The notes under the pieces are model-generated. The model made no database searches, had not been told where the DNA came from, and saw only the letters and a list, made by a program, of their open reading frames with translations. Source: Chrysomallon squamiferum (Eukaryota; Animalia; Mollusca). Taken from it: a stretch of 64,000 bases of DNA. The DNA is taken from assembly GCA_012295275.1 (NCBI GenBank), contig CM022668.1, positions 3,596,001 to 3,660,000 on the forward strand. The letters run 5' to 3'. Both the position numbers and the translations under genes were made by a program. Shown here in pieces: positions 1-12,080 of the stretch (position 1 is the stretch's first letter; every line of letters starts with the position of its first letter).

Positions 1-441
1 AGTATAACCTATTTAACTTTAAACTAGTCTGAAAGTTTGTTTTGAATCAATAATGCTTTCATGATATTGTCAAAATGCCAGGTCTGGAAAATTAAAATTG
101 TTATTTTATTATTATTTTGTTTTGAAATATTGTGTTAATGTTTCTTATATTTAAATGTATTGTAAAGTGATCCTATTAATAATGATTTTGTTTACATCAG
201 TTTAAAAACTGTACAATTAGATACTTCGTTTTCATAAGGTGTATATATAATTATTTATTTGAAATCGCTTAAATATAACATTAACAATGTGAAAATATTT
301 TATTAGTGAAGACTGATTTAGATCTATCCAGACAAAACTAAAAGTAATGTGAACTATTTAAAAACAAACATGACAGAAATAAGAGTAATATTATCAGATT
401 CTTTCATTGTACCATTTACTTGTTGTTGTTTTTAATTGTAG

Positions 442-951
442 GATTATCTTGTTGGTAATGATACTGCACTGGTGATCAATGACTTCAAGTCCATTGATGA
501 GTTAGTTGAACGAGTCAAATTCCTTGACAACAATGATGAAGAATACAACAAGTATTTGCAGTATAAAAAAACTGGACCCACTAACCCACGACTGGTGAAG
601 GAGCTGAAGGAACGAGATTGGGGAGTTGGAAAAACACATCTGCTCATGGTTCATGGTTTTACCTGTTTCCTTTGTCAAAAGCTTCACAAACTACGAGAAT
701 TATATAAACAACATAAACCTCTTCCTGTGTCAGTTGTCCAGCCAGACCATTTTAGTTGCCCAGTGATACAAAAGTTCAACAAACAAGGGCGTTATGAGGA
801 AAAGATGGAGATGGACATGCTGTGTGGGTTTTCTGAGGCATATGCGACAGTGGTGAGGTCACAGTATGATGCTGGAAAAAATGCCTCATGGCATGAAATT
901 GTTAAAAAAGCAGAAAAATTATTTAACCCCAAAATACTAGATGAGTTTTGA
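442..951 (+). CDS. GT10 alpha-1,3-fucosyltransferase (FUT10/FUT11-like) copy A, terminal coding exon only; upstream exons lie outside the window
   Basis: Acceptor ttgtag at 436-441, then DYLVGNDTALVINDFKSIDELVERVKFLDNNDEEYNKYLQYKK...FTCFLCQKLH...HFSCP...KILDEF*. Same phase-0 boundary and homologous sequence as the last exons of copies B-E. Candidate AATAAA at 1868-1873. Confidence 0.88.
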   Translation, partial: DYLVGNDTALVINDFKSIDELVERVKFLDNNDEEYNKYLQYKKTGPTNPRLVKELKERDWGVGKTHLLMVHGFTCFLCQKLHKLRELYKQHKPLPVSVVQPDHFSCPVIQKFNKQGRYEEKMEMDMLCGFSEAYATVVRSQYDAGKNASWHEIVKKAEKLFNPKILDEF

Positions 952-2761
952 TAATGATCAAAATAATGTTTAACAGAAAAATAGAAACTGAATTCTCATT
1001 GAATTTCATTTGACTTTCATGTAACACTTGTTTAATTTGTTTTTCTTCCAGCATTCTCTTAGATGTTAGGTTCAGGTTTAGATTTATTTCAGTGTTAGAC
1101 TTACTTCTAGTATTATTTCAGTATTAGGACTGCACTTCAAATTACTAAGTTTTTATGCCTTTAGGTGACTTACCATTGTCAAAAACAAAGTATGATAATA
1201 AGTTAACACAAAGCGCAGAAACCTTCTGCCCAGTCTGCCATAATTTCACCACTGTAAAGAAATGATAGTGTTCATATATTTTTAAACTTTACTCTTTACT
1301 TCATTAGTAATTAGGAACAGATGGTAAAATAAAAAAAAAAAAAAAAAAAAAAATAAATAAATAAAAAAAAGTTACAGTTCTTTTACAAATCCCCTAAAAA
1401 ATGTAGGCTGTGCATACCCATTAACCTGTTTAGACTCTTTCTTTTATAAACCAAATATAAACTTTTAAAGTCAGTCTTGTTTTTATTCTTATACCAAGTG
1501 AACACCTCCATTTAGATAAGACTTTCACATCATTTTATAGATATCTCAGCATTTTTAAATATGTAACATTATATTTAATATTCAGCCATTTATTAATGGT
1601 GAAAAATAATTAACCAACACCAGAGAATAATAAACAAAAACACTGAACAGATGATTCTTCTGTTTTTCAAAATCTGTTTTAATAACTCGTTCACGCTTCA
1701 TTTGTAAGTGTCTATTGTATTGTTTCCAGTATAGAAAACTCCTGCAATATGCATATCACTGATGTGAAACTAGCTTATTTCTGTAGAAAATTATTTATCA
1801 TCTGCAAATGATGCCTGAAGTGTTATATGTATTTATGCATTAAATTTGTAAAGATTCTATTTAAGTCAATAAAGGTTATAATTACAGTCACTTCCTTTTT
1901 TTCTTCACTTTTCTTTCTTTTACCAACAAATAGTGTTTAAAAAAGAAATGCAGTCTTTATAATTCTTGTCTTTAAAATTCATCATTCTGAAGGCTTGATC
2001 ACAGTAATGTCACAATCATCTTTTAAATGTTTATGAACACACACACACACACACACATACATATGCATTTTGTATTACACCATTTTTCAGTATCACATAA
2101 ATTAATACAACAAATAATTGTTGTAGGTATGTGTGCATGTGTGTAAGTGTGTATTGAATGAGAGAAAGTGCAAAACTCAAATATCAACATAAACAAAAAG
2201 TGACAACACATGAATTAATTTCAAGTTTAATAAAATTAATGACTGACTGAATTTAAAATAGTAATAAAGTGCATTACAATTAACATTTTCTCGATTTTCA
2301 ACTTAATTTTAGTGGATGGTATTTCCACTTAAACAACTGTGAAATTAACATTGTATTTTCAAATTCATGTTTAGATTAATGCATAAATGTAACAAATAAC
2401 AACTTCACCAAAAACAACACACAACTAATGCTTATATATAATTATTTCAAATAACAGTAACGGTAACAACTGTAGACAAGAAAGCTATATTATTTTGAAG
2501 ACTATTATTTCTCGAATGATGATTGACACATAGCAGTAACATAAATCCCAATAAATTAAACTTTGCTAACTGAGATCAGAAATGTAACATGTGACATTTT
2601 TGTACAATGATTTAGATTCTTATAAACACAGCCATCATACTCTTCAAAATATTGATATTTATTCAGTTATTTCTGTCTGATTTTTGCAACATATTTTCAT
2701 TTATTCAGTACCATATCATTCATTTCTCTTATTTCATTTTACTTCATTATTCTTTTTATTT

Positions 2762-2817
<56 letters not shown>

Positions 2818-4020
2818 TATAAATTTTTATTATATAAAATCCAACTTCAAATAGTCTTATTTCAGTGCTTGCTGGACTTGAGAATAAAGATGTAAACAAG
2901 TTATAGTAAACATATTAAATTGTGTTATGATACAAAAACTAAATAAACTATTAAAAAATTTAAATAAAACTTTAAAAGAAGAAAGTTTTGTCAAGTTAAA
3001 CAATGGACAGAGACTTTATAACAAATAAGAACACTAAGCTTAGATCATCTTTCTAGATAACAACACTGATTAGTCAGTTTTGTTAAGAGTTAGCCAAAAC
3101 ATGCTGGTAACAAAAATGTATACCTGCTATTTATAGATACTGACAATTTCACAGACTAAAAAAACCCCTCCAAAACCCCAAACAAATATATTGAGATTCA
3201 ATTGTGAATTATGTGTCAAATGATTATTTAATAATATGAATTGTAGAGCACTATTAGCTATGAATAACAAATCTTATATCCGTGTTAAGGCATTAATAAA
3301 TGTATTTAGTGACTGGTTCATTTTTGTTTTCTGTGTTTCCCTCTTACCAAATATTTTCATTTTATTTTGGGAGGAAACATTTACCCAGACTTAACAGTAA
3401 TATACATGTAATTTAATAAAAGAAAATTCAAAAGAACAAATATAATTATAGCTGTCTGTTTCTTCAGGTTTGTGAAAAAGACAGAATTCTGAATTATGTT
3501 TCTTTCAGTACTGAAAAAAATCTGTTAAAACTATTCAACTGAAAAATATAAAACAGATTGTCATTACTAATGCTGTCATGAAGTTTTTTGTCAACAGAAA
3601 TAAATAATGAAATTAATTATGTTCATCTTAATATTTGACTGAGTTGTTGACTAAGATCCTCCTTTAAAACAAAGGTGTGGTGTTCAGACTAACGGAAGTA
3701 TCATCTTCCAGTTTATAATTAGTTACATGAAACATCTGTATCTCTGACACTGTGGAAATAAAACTCTTTAGATAATTTTTAATTTTATGGGAAAATATTT
3801 TATATTGGATGGTAAATTAATTAAAACTTTTGACATCAAATTTGAATTCTAAACATATTTCTTAAAAGTTTGATTTCAACCATTAATATTTACACTTATT
3901 TGTACATATATGTTTCGATACATTTTCATGTCTAAATGTAAGTGTGTAGTTGCATAAGTTTTTAAAATTAAAATTTAATAAAATATGTGTATTATCTTTC
4001 TATCACTACATACATACTTT

Positions 4021-7000
4021 TTATAGATCTTCTCTTTTGTTCATCCTTTTTGTTTCAAGATTTCTTGCAAACTCATGAAGATCATGTCTGGTGGCGTTCA
4101 CTGCCTTGTTTAAGTAATGTATCAAGCCTTGTGCATAGTACTCAGTGAACTTCCAATCTCCTGTAAAAATTGTTTTCTCTTTCACATACTGGCCTTCCGC
4201 ATTGAACTCTCTGGGTTCTGGACAGCTGAAATGTTCAAATTTAGTTCTCATAACTGGAAGAGGGAGTCCTTTGGATGCCAGTTTTCTCATGTTATGAAGT
4301 TTATGGCACAGATGACACTGAAATCCTTCAAAAAAGGATGAATGGCGTTTTCCTTGTCCCCAGTCACGTCGATCAAACTCATCCAATAAAAATTTGTTGC
4401 TGATGCCGTCTTTCTTGTATTGAAGATATTTCTCATATTCATCGTCGTGTTCATCGAGGTATTTGATGTGTTTGACTACATCTTCAATAGACGCAAAGTC
4501 ATTGATGATGATAGCAGATTTGTTTGCAGGCAACAAATCCTGGAACAAAATTAAAAGAAAAAGGATCTGTATATTAATGCAAACAAAAACAAGCCTAGAA
4601 AATTGGTAACTTCACATTTTAATAAGTGATGAAATATATAACTTTGTAATGTAGCAAAAAATATATATATATCTTTATTTAACAGTGAATTATTAACAGT
4701 TATTAGATTGTAAATGTTTGGTTGTTAGTATGAGATAAAATGAAACAGGAAACTGGCTTGTGGAACACTGTTGTGATTTTGGACACATTTTTTCTCATAG
4801 CTAACTGGTGTCAGAACAGATCCTGTGACATAAGAATAATGATTAAACAATTTTTATTTCTAAATACTTAATTTCAATGAAACTGTAATTATTTAACTTT
4901 ATTTTAAATTTAAAATACTAGTTAGTTATAATTTTATTTAAACTTTAAACATCCACATTTAATATTCTCATATATAAATTAATTACAAAGTGTTAAATTT
5001 TGTTTTATTTAATTACCCTTATTCTGGGAGAACCAAACACGATGGGAATGTTGCCAAGACGAAACGGACGCCAGAACTTTTCTGTGACATAGTCATCACA
5101 CACAGCATTCTCAAAAGCAAGGGCAAACTTGTACTGGGCCAAAAGTTTAAAGAATTCACTAGAATCCATTGGTGACATTGATGAATAAAATGTCAAACTG
5201 TGGTAAGAAAACATACATAAAAGAATTTTTACTTCCATAAAGTATTGATATGATAAAAATTAATAACCTTCCACCAACATAAATAATTCAAATGCATTTG
5301 TCATTACTTCAGCAAAGAGTTTTATTTAAAGAGTTTTGTTTTATTCAGTGGACATAATTAACATATATTACATTAAGCATACCTGCAATTGCTGAAAGGA
5401 AATGCATATTAGGTAACAACTATATCTAGTTTAATTATTAAAACATTAGTCTTATGTGAAATGTACATAACAAACATTATTCCATACAGAATACTGTACA
5501 AATATTTAACACACTTTATTTTAACTCAATAATATAATATCATATCCAGTGTTATAGAACAATGTCATCTGAAGTGAAAATATCATATTTCAGAAAAAGC
5601 TTATTTACATTACATAATGACTGTGTAAAATGCTGAAATCATATAACTGATACTGTGATCATCTAAGCAACATATGATAATTTTGTTTCTGATATTTTAT
5701 TTGAATATTTTTAATGCTCTTCTTTCTGAATGATGAATTGTTTTGTGTTTTGGTTCTAATTATTTAATTATCGTTAATATTTATCAGAAGAAAATACTCA
5801 CTGATGTGGTAACTGTTTGTTGTTTTCACACTTTCCATATGAATCCACATCAATATGCTTCATCAACATTTTAACATAATTTGATCTATCAGAGGGCACA
5901 CTGCAATCTGAATGAACAAATACAATTGGTGCCAGTCCTTTTTTCCTCCACTGGTTTTTCTCTGCTAAAGGCATCAAGTATTTAGTATCTAATAGTTCGT
6001 TTGGGTTCTTCAGCCACATCGTGGGTACTGGGTAGTCTGATTCTCGTTTGTATGTACAGGAAACATTAAAAAGTTCAGCAATTTCTTTCATTTGGAAAAG
6101 GAATTGGTTATTCTTAGGAGATTCTTCGTGCATTACTGCCCAGATGTCAGTCAACTTTCTTGGCACTGGAAGACCTTCCTCTGCAAACCGAGATCCATAA
6201 AACACAATCGCCTGAAATTACGCAATCAGTGGTCACCATAAACACATGCACATACATGAAATTTTTATTTAGTGGATTCTTCTGTTTTATGTATGATGGC
6301 TGTTCCTCAGCAAACAATGGATATAACAATGCTGTTTTTAAAAATATGGCTAGTTCAGTCTGAAGACAGCACAGACTAGTTACAGAGAAACTTACCATAA
6401 TTTCTTGTTCATTCAACCTGCTCCTGTCAACTGTCATATAACATGAAACATTGCCACAGTCTACTCGCTCATCTCTGTTGCCACTGATAGGGTCCCACCA
6501 TAATATCAGTGGTATTTTTTCACCATCCATCCCAGAACGGTTCTCTCCTAAAAACAGTTGTAAAATGTATTCTATTTATTGACATACTAGAGAACAGTGA
6601 TTCATGTTGCTTAATTGACATGAAAACCTACTTTATTTTGTAATATGCTTTAACACATTTTTTCACAGCACTCTCCGGTGTCCTACAATTTCAGACATTT
6701 GCTGTGAAATATCCTAGTGATAACATAAAACTGTATCAGTCACTGAGCTTCAGACAAGGTTCTAACCACAGCATTGCTAACAGAAATCAAACAGTTTAAG
6801 GTATATTTATAATATTTTAAAATTATTATTTTTATATTCTGTTTTAGCTTATATAACAGTTTATAAATATGTCTGTATCTGTATTATTGATTTAAAAACA
6901 ACAATTCCAGTGCTTTCTCTATTATAATTAGACAAAAAATTAATACAAATTGACAGCTGATATTAATTCTTACTTCCATCTGACTCCTTATTGTCAGCTG

Positions 7001-9356
7001 TGTTCATGACATCATCATTACCATCAGTGTCAGTGTCATCTGACTGCAGAGAGATGTTGCTGCTGTTGGTGTAGTGCCATACCAACCCCAGCAAGAAAAT
7101 CAAGCCAAACACAAAAATGATTCTGAAAAAAAGCAACATATATTACCTCTATTTATTATGTCATACCAAACAAAAACTTGTATAGTTTCCGTTTATTGAC
7201 TTACATTTTCTAGTGACCAAATCTTCTGAATACTGTAATAATATATCATTTTAACATAATTTTCTCTTTGTTGTAAAATAATAACAGTTTTTAAAACAGG
7301 TAGCCAAAAAAATAAATAAAAAAATAAAAAATAAATATCTGCACATTTCTGTCTATAAAAAGATTTCAGGACCTTTGGATTCTTGCAAGTCTTTTTTTTT
7401 CTTAACAATATTTTCTTAATTAGTTTTTAAAATTAATTATTTTGTTTATGTATTAATTTATTTATTATTATCAATATTATTTATTTATTATTACTATTAT
7501 TTTTAAATGAATTTTGGCCAGTTACTCTCATTTTATAGGGGTTAACTTGAATCAGACATTCTGCCTTTTAAATGTATTAATGCTGATCTAGATGTATTGA
7601 ATTTGGCATTTTTAAACTAACTAACTAAATAAATAAATGATCATAATACAAATATTTACAAATACTTGGTAAATTTATTATCTAGTAAATAAAAAAAAAA
7701 TTGTTGAGAAATTGCGAGCGTGATTGTGTTAAATTGAAAGTTGCATTAAAAAACCGGTAATTTTTATTCTTGCATCTTTGCCGCAGAACTTACGGCTCAG
7801 GGGAGGAAACTCTAGAAAATAACACGAAGTTAATGGTCGATGGTTACGTCAGTTACGTTATAAAGAGCAACAATAGCTGTGTAATTAGTAATGAAAATAA
7901 ATAAATAAATAATAATAATAAAATTAAATAATATTCAAACAAACTCTGAAAATAGAGCATTCGTCATTAAAGCATAAACGAAGTACATTCCAGAAGAAAA
8001 GAAAAGAAGATACCTTAAACCTCCCCCCGAAAATGGGCACGTTACCACTACACATCTTTTATTTTTCTTATTAAACATCATTACTATATATGGCCTTACC
8101 TAATGCCAGTTATTCCTTAATTACAATGCTGTTCCCTTTTTAAAAACAGATTATCCAGCAATGCGAGAGAAAAACACGTTCGCACACATAAAATGCAAAA
8201 CTAAAAGGTTTTTGTTTGTGTTTTTTCGGGTTTTTTACTTTCAAAATATATATTTTTTAAACTTCTGATTTTCTTGTATGTGAATCTTTAGTTACTGGTA
8301 AACAAACTTTGTTCATCAGGATTAAAATGAAGGATGAAATATTTACACGCGTAAACGGGTCAAAGGAATCAACAACTTACGCAACACGAACAGATTTAAC
8401 TTAACGAGAACTGATCATTTAATCAAGGGATTAAGGAAAGCTGGAAAGTGGAAGGACCGCGTGCGGCTCATGGATTAAAAAAACTTGTTAATAGAACCAT
8501 GCAAATCACGCTAAGTAGTTAAACCGCAAACAAACAAACAAACACAAAAGTAAAAAAAAAAATAATTAAATAAAAGATGATCTCACCCAACACGACGAAC
8601 GAGCAGATCCGTCGACATGTTTCCACACGAATAAATCCAGTAATTTAAGGGAAGTCTTCAGCCTTTACTGGCTAAGGAGAAAAAAAAAAAAAAAAAACTT
8701 CGGAAAAAGACACCACGTTAATGTATTGTGTTCCTGTGTGTTTAGGTCAAAACGAAAAACAACATTAAAAGGTCGAGGAAAACCGGTTTGAAAAGAAGGT
8801 ATTTTCGACAGTATTTCGCGCGACATGTTAATGCAGGTAAACAAGCGCAATTAGTGCAATAGGGTTTCTTAAAAAAAAAAAAAAAAAAATTATCTTATTT
8901 TTTTTTAAGATAAAAATAAAATAAAATAATATAATAAAATTTAAAAAACTTCTTCTTTGTTTAATACACAGGCCTTATTTTAAAAATCTTCTATATTGTG
9001 GAAGAGTTTATAATTATTTAATGATTATATACATCTTTATTTATTTATTTATTTACGTTTTTATTTTAATTTTAAATAAAAACAACAACAAATTAACGAA
9101 AAAAAGAGAAAAACCCACCTTTTTATATGTGTGTAGATGTGCGTTACTGTTTTATTTTATTTTATTTTTTATTTATTTAAATGTAAAAAATGTTTAAATG
9201 CGAATATTCATTAATCTTATTCATCTATGAAGTATAAATTTTAGCTATTACAGTTTTACTAAAGACATCTTCATAATCAGGTTAAAACTGAAATCAGCTT
9301 ATATGAAATGCAACACTGCAAAATGACTTTCTGGATGAAAAAGGTCAGTGATTAAA

Positions 9357-9398
<42 letters not shown>

Positions 9399-10180
9399 AA
9401 AAAGTATCAATGTTCAAATCAAGGTCATCCAGAAGGCTCATACTTAAATAAAAATTAAAACTCGGTCAAAGGATGTAACGGGTTGGGAGAATACATACTC
9501 CAGCCATGTTTGCTGAAACGGTTTAATAATTTTAATTTCAGGAAATACTAGAATGTTTTAGCATTGTCAGTGTAGGTATCAATATCAATTATTTATAAGT
9601 CAATGCATGGGTAACAATAAAACGTACACAAGTTACATGCAAGGAAAATAGGTTTGAAAACTTCTTTGAATCGAAATTCCAGTATTTTTTTTTTAACTAT
9701 TTATTTACTTGCGAATAATAATAATAATAATAACAACAACAACAACAACAACATATGTGTTTACTGATCTTATTAAATCATATTTCCCCCCAGCTTTCCC
9801 GCCTAAATAGTGTCAGCCATATTTCTCATATTTTAAAGTAAAACAACTGGAAAATAATAATAAAAAAATAATATATATATATATATTAATAAATAAAAAT
9901 TTAAGATATTACACGAATCTAATATTCGATTAACAATACATCAATTTTTCTTAAAAATATTAACTAATTCAAGTAAACTAAAAATATAAAATTTATTTTG
10001 TTACAAAACAAAACACCAAAAGACAACCACAAAAAGAAAAGAAACTAAATTCTTTCATTATTACAAAGAATATGAAAGATTTATCAGTTTACAAATTAGT
10101 TGATAATCTTTAGAAAAAAAACAAATAAAATAAAAATAAATAAATAAGTAACATTTTATGGTAGAAATATACCTTGACAT
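4021..10180 (-). CDS. GT10 alpha-1,3-fucosyltransferase (FUT10/FUT11-like) copy B, complete 6-exon gene, about 472 aa
   Basis: Exons (minus) 10180-10173, 7122-6974, 6547-6396, 6211-5802, 5197-5017, 4539-4021. All are GT-AG and phase-compatible (1419 nt). N-terminal hydrophobic segment IIFVFGLIFLLGLVW; motifs ILWW, FYGS, HEESPKNN, SDCSVPSDR..VDSYGKC, YKFALAFENAVCDDYVTEKFW; ends REDL*. The first exon is the least certain part. Confidence 0.9.
8587..8618 (-). CDS. Candidate alternative first coding exon of copy B (MSTDLLVRRVG)
   Basis: ATG TCG ACG GAT CTG CTC GTT CGT CGT GTT GG|gtgaga. This phase-2 donor joins in frame to the 7122 acceptor. It lies in a locally CpG-richer patch (about 8340-8850). 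Confidence 0.4.
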
Positions 10181-10247
10181 CACTGCGTTAGTTCTAAATT
10201 TATCCACCTCTGTTTTCGAGGTTATCATTTTCTCGATGCATTTTAAA

Positions 10248-10255
10248 TGACGTCA
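10248..10255. promoter_or_regulatory. CRE/ATF-type palindrome TGACGTCA upstream of copy B start codon
   Basis: Perfect TGACGTCA 67 nt upstream (minus-strand sense) of the ATG at 10180. Equivalent sites precede copies C, D and E. Confidence 0.45.
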
Positions 10256-11985
10256 GTGTTCTTGATTCTGTTTTGTTATGAGTGGTGTTCGTTTATTTCT
10301 TAAAATGTACAAAACTATATTATCATAAAGAGTCTTTTTATTATTTATCAGATACATATTTTATTTTCTCTAGAGCAGCATTATAATATAGAAAGTGTGT
10401 CCAAAATGGTCGCGATAAATTTTCACCCTTATCTTATATTCTGTACTGAAACACTAATCTTACTGAAAAGAGCAAAACAGTCTATATCTATGTCACTTTT
10501 ATTATAATAATGAAATCGTCCATCAAAAGTTTATAATTTACAGGAAACAGAATGGTAAAATGTAAATAGCTGACGAGCAACATTAGTAAATAATTTTCCG
10601 AATATGTGTATTTGTTCAGTAGGAACCAAAATAACCAAAACATAATTAAACTTAGATCTTAAAGTGTTATTTTTAAAATGGTTTTCATTTAAAAAAATAA
10701 CAAAATAATTGTTGTTATTTAAGACCTAATTTGTTATCATGTTAATATTTTTTAGATTACAACTAAATCAACAGGTGTGCATCTAATACTCTCGAGAAAT
10801 AAAACAGTCTTATAGTTTTTGGCAGGATATAATAAATAATTGGTTACAAGACATAAGGTTTTATTCTATTCAGGTCGAATCGGTAGAACCTCGTTGTTAT
10901 TACATCAGTTATTTTTAGTAAATCTATGTTATTAGAGCTAAACGTTATAAACATACGAATTTACAGTTTAGCAGTGATTCTATTTTCTACTTAACGCAAA
11001 ATGTTTGAATTCCAAAATTCTGAAATAGTCCGTGAGCCAGACACCTAATGATTGGTGAACAGAGATTCGGTGTAGATTTTTCATTTAGTATCATGTCTGG
11101 GAATCGTCCAAAATCAGTCGGACGACATTTTTTTTAAAGACATAGTAGATATCGGTAATAATGTAATAACTCTCGACCACATATATCTTGGATTTGGATT
11201 ATTGAATTTTGTTTAAAATGTTGAACATACTGAAATATAGTTATTTACATTTATTTTATAATATTTTAGTAAATACAAGAAAAATGGCTGAAAAAGGCAC
11301 GGTCTTTCGATTCTAATTCATCTTGTCACCCACAGATATCTTTAATTCTAAATTAAAACTGTTTCAGATCAGTTTTGTTTCTGAATCATTTAGAGCGGTT
11401 AATGTTGCATCCATGAAAATGGTTAAATCAAGTCCTTTTGGCAAATGATTACTTGTAGACAGGCTTTTACATAGAAGTGTCTAATATTTTCCGAATACGT
11501 TACCAAGTCTGCATGTCTATTCATCTGTCTATCTATCGAGACATCCACGTACACATTTTATTTTGCTATTAGTAATTCTACGTTAAGAGAGACAATGTCT
11601 GTTCTTTCTGATCCACATTTTCTGTTACAGGCACCATAACTAATTTTGGAAGATAACAAATCAAAATAGATATGTTTTGCTGATACATTAGATACATTAG
11701 AATCGATTAGATGATCACGTGCGATACTTTGTTCTGGAAATATATTGCGGTATAATAGGAAAATCTATCGCAACAGTTTTGAATGAATAAATCTACTGAA
11801 AATAAAATTAAATAAATAATATAAAAAATAATTATATGTAATTATAACGGTTTTGCATGTCTGGTCATAAACGAATTAGGCTCACCAAACCCCACCTCCC
11901 TACACACCTCCCCCCAAAAGAGAAAAAGACAGAAAAGAGAAGAAGAAGAAGAAAAACCGTCGCCATCCAGGAAATTTGAAACCAC

Positions 11986-11993
11986 TGACGTCA
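11986..11993. promoter_or_regulatory. CRE/ATF-type palindrome TGACGTCA upstream of copy C start codon
   Basis: Perfect TGACGTCA 87 nt upstream of the ATG at 12081. Confidence 0.45.
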
Positions 11994-12080
11994 TTCTTAG
12001 CGGTTTGAAAAAAGAAAAAAACAAACCAAAAGAACAACCTAGAAAACACAGCTAGAAAAATTCAGAACTAACATCTACTG

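Noticed and set aside
4117-4341. Antisense ORFs overlapping FUT last exons (also 23241-23462 and 33067-33288)
   Set aside because: Their mutual similarity simply mirrors the conserved sense-strand exon.
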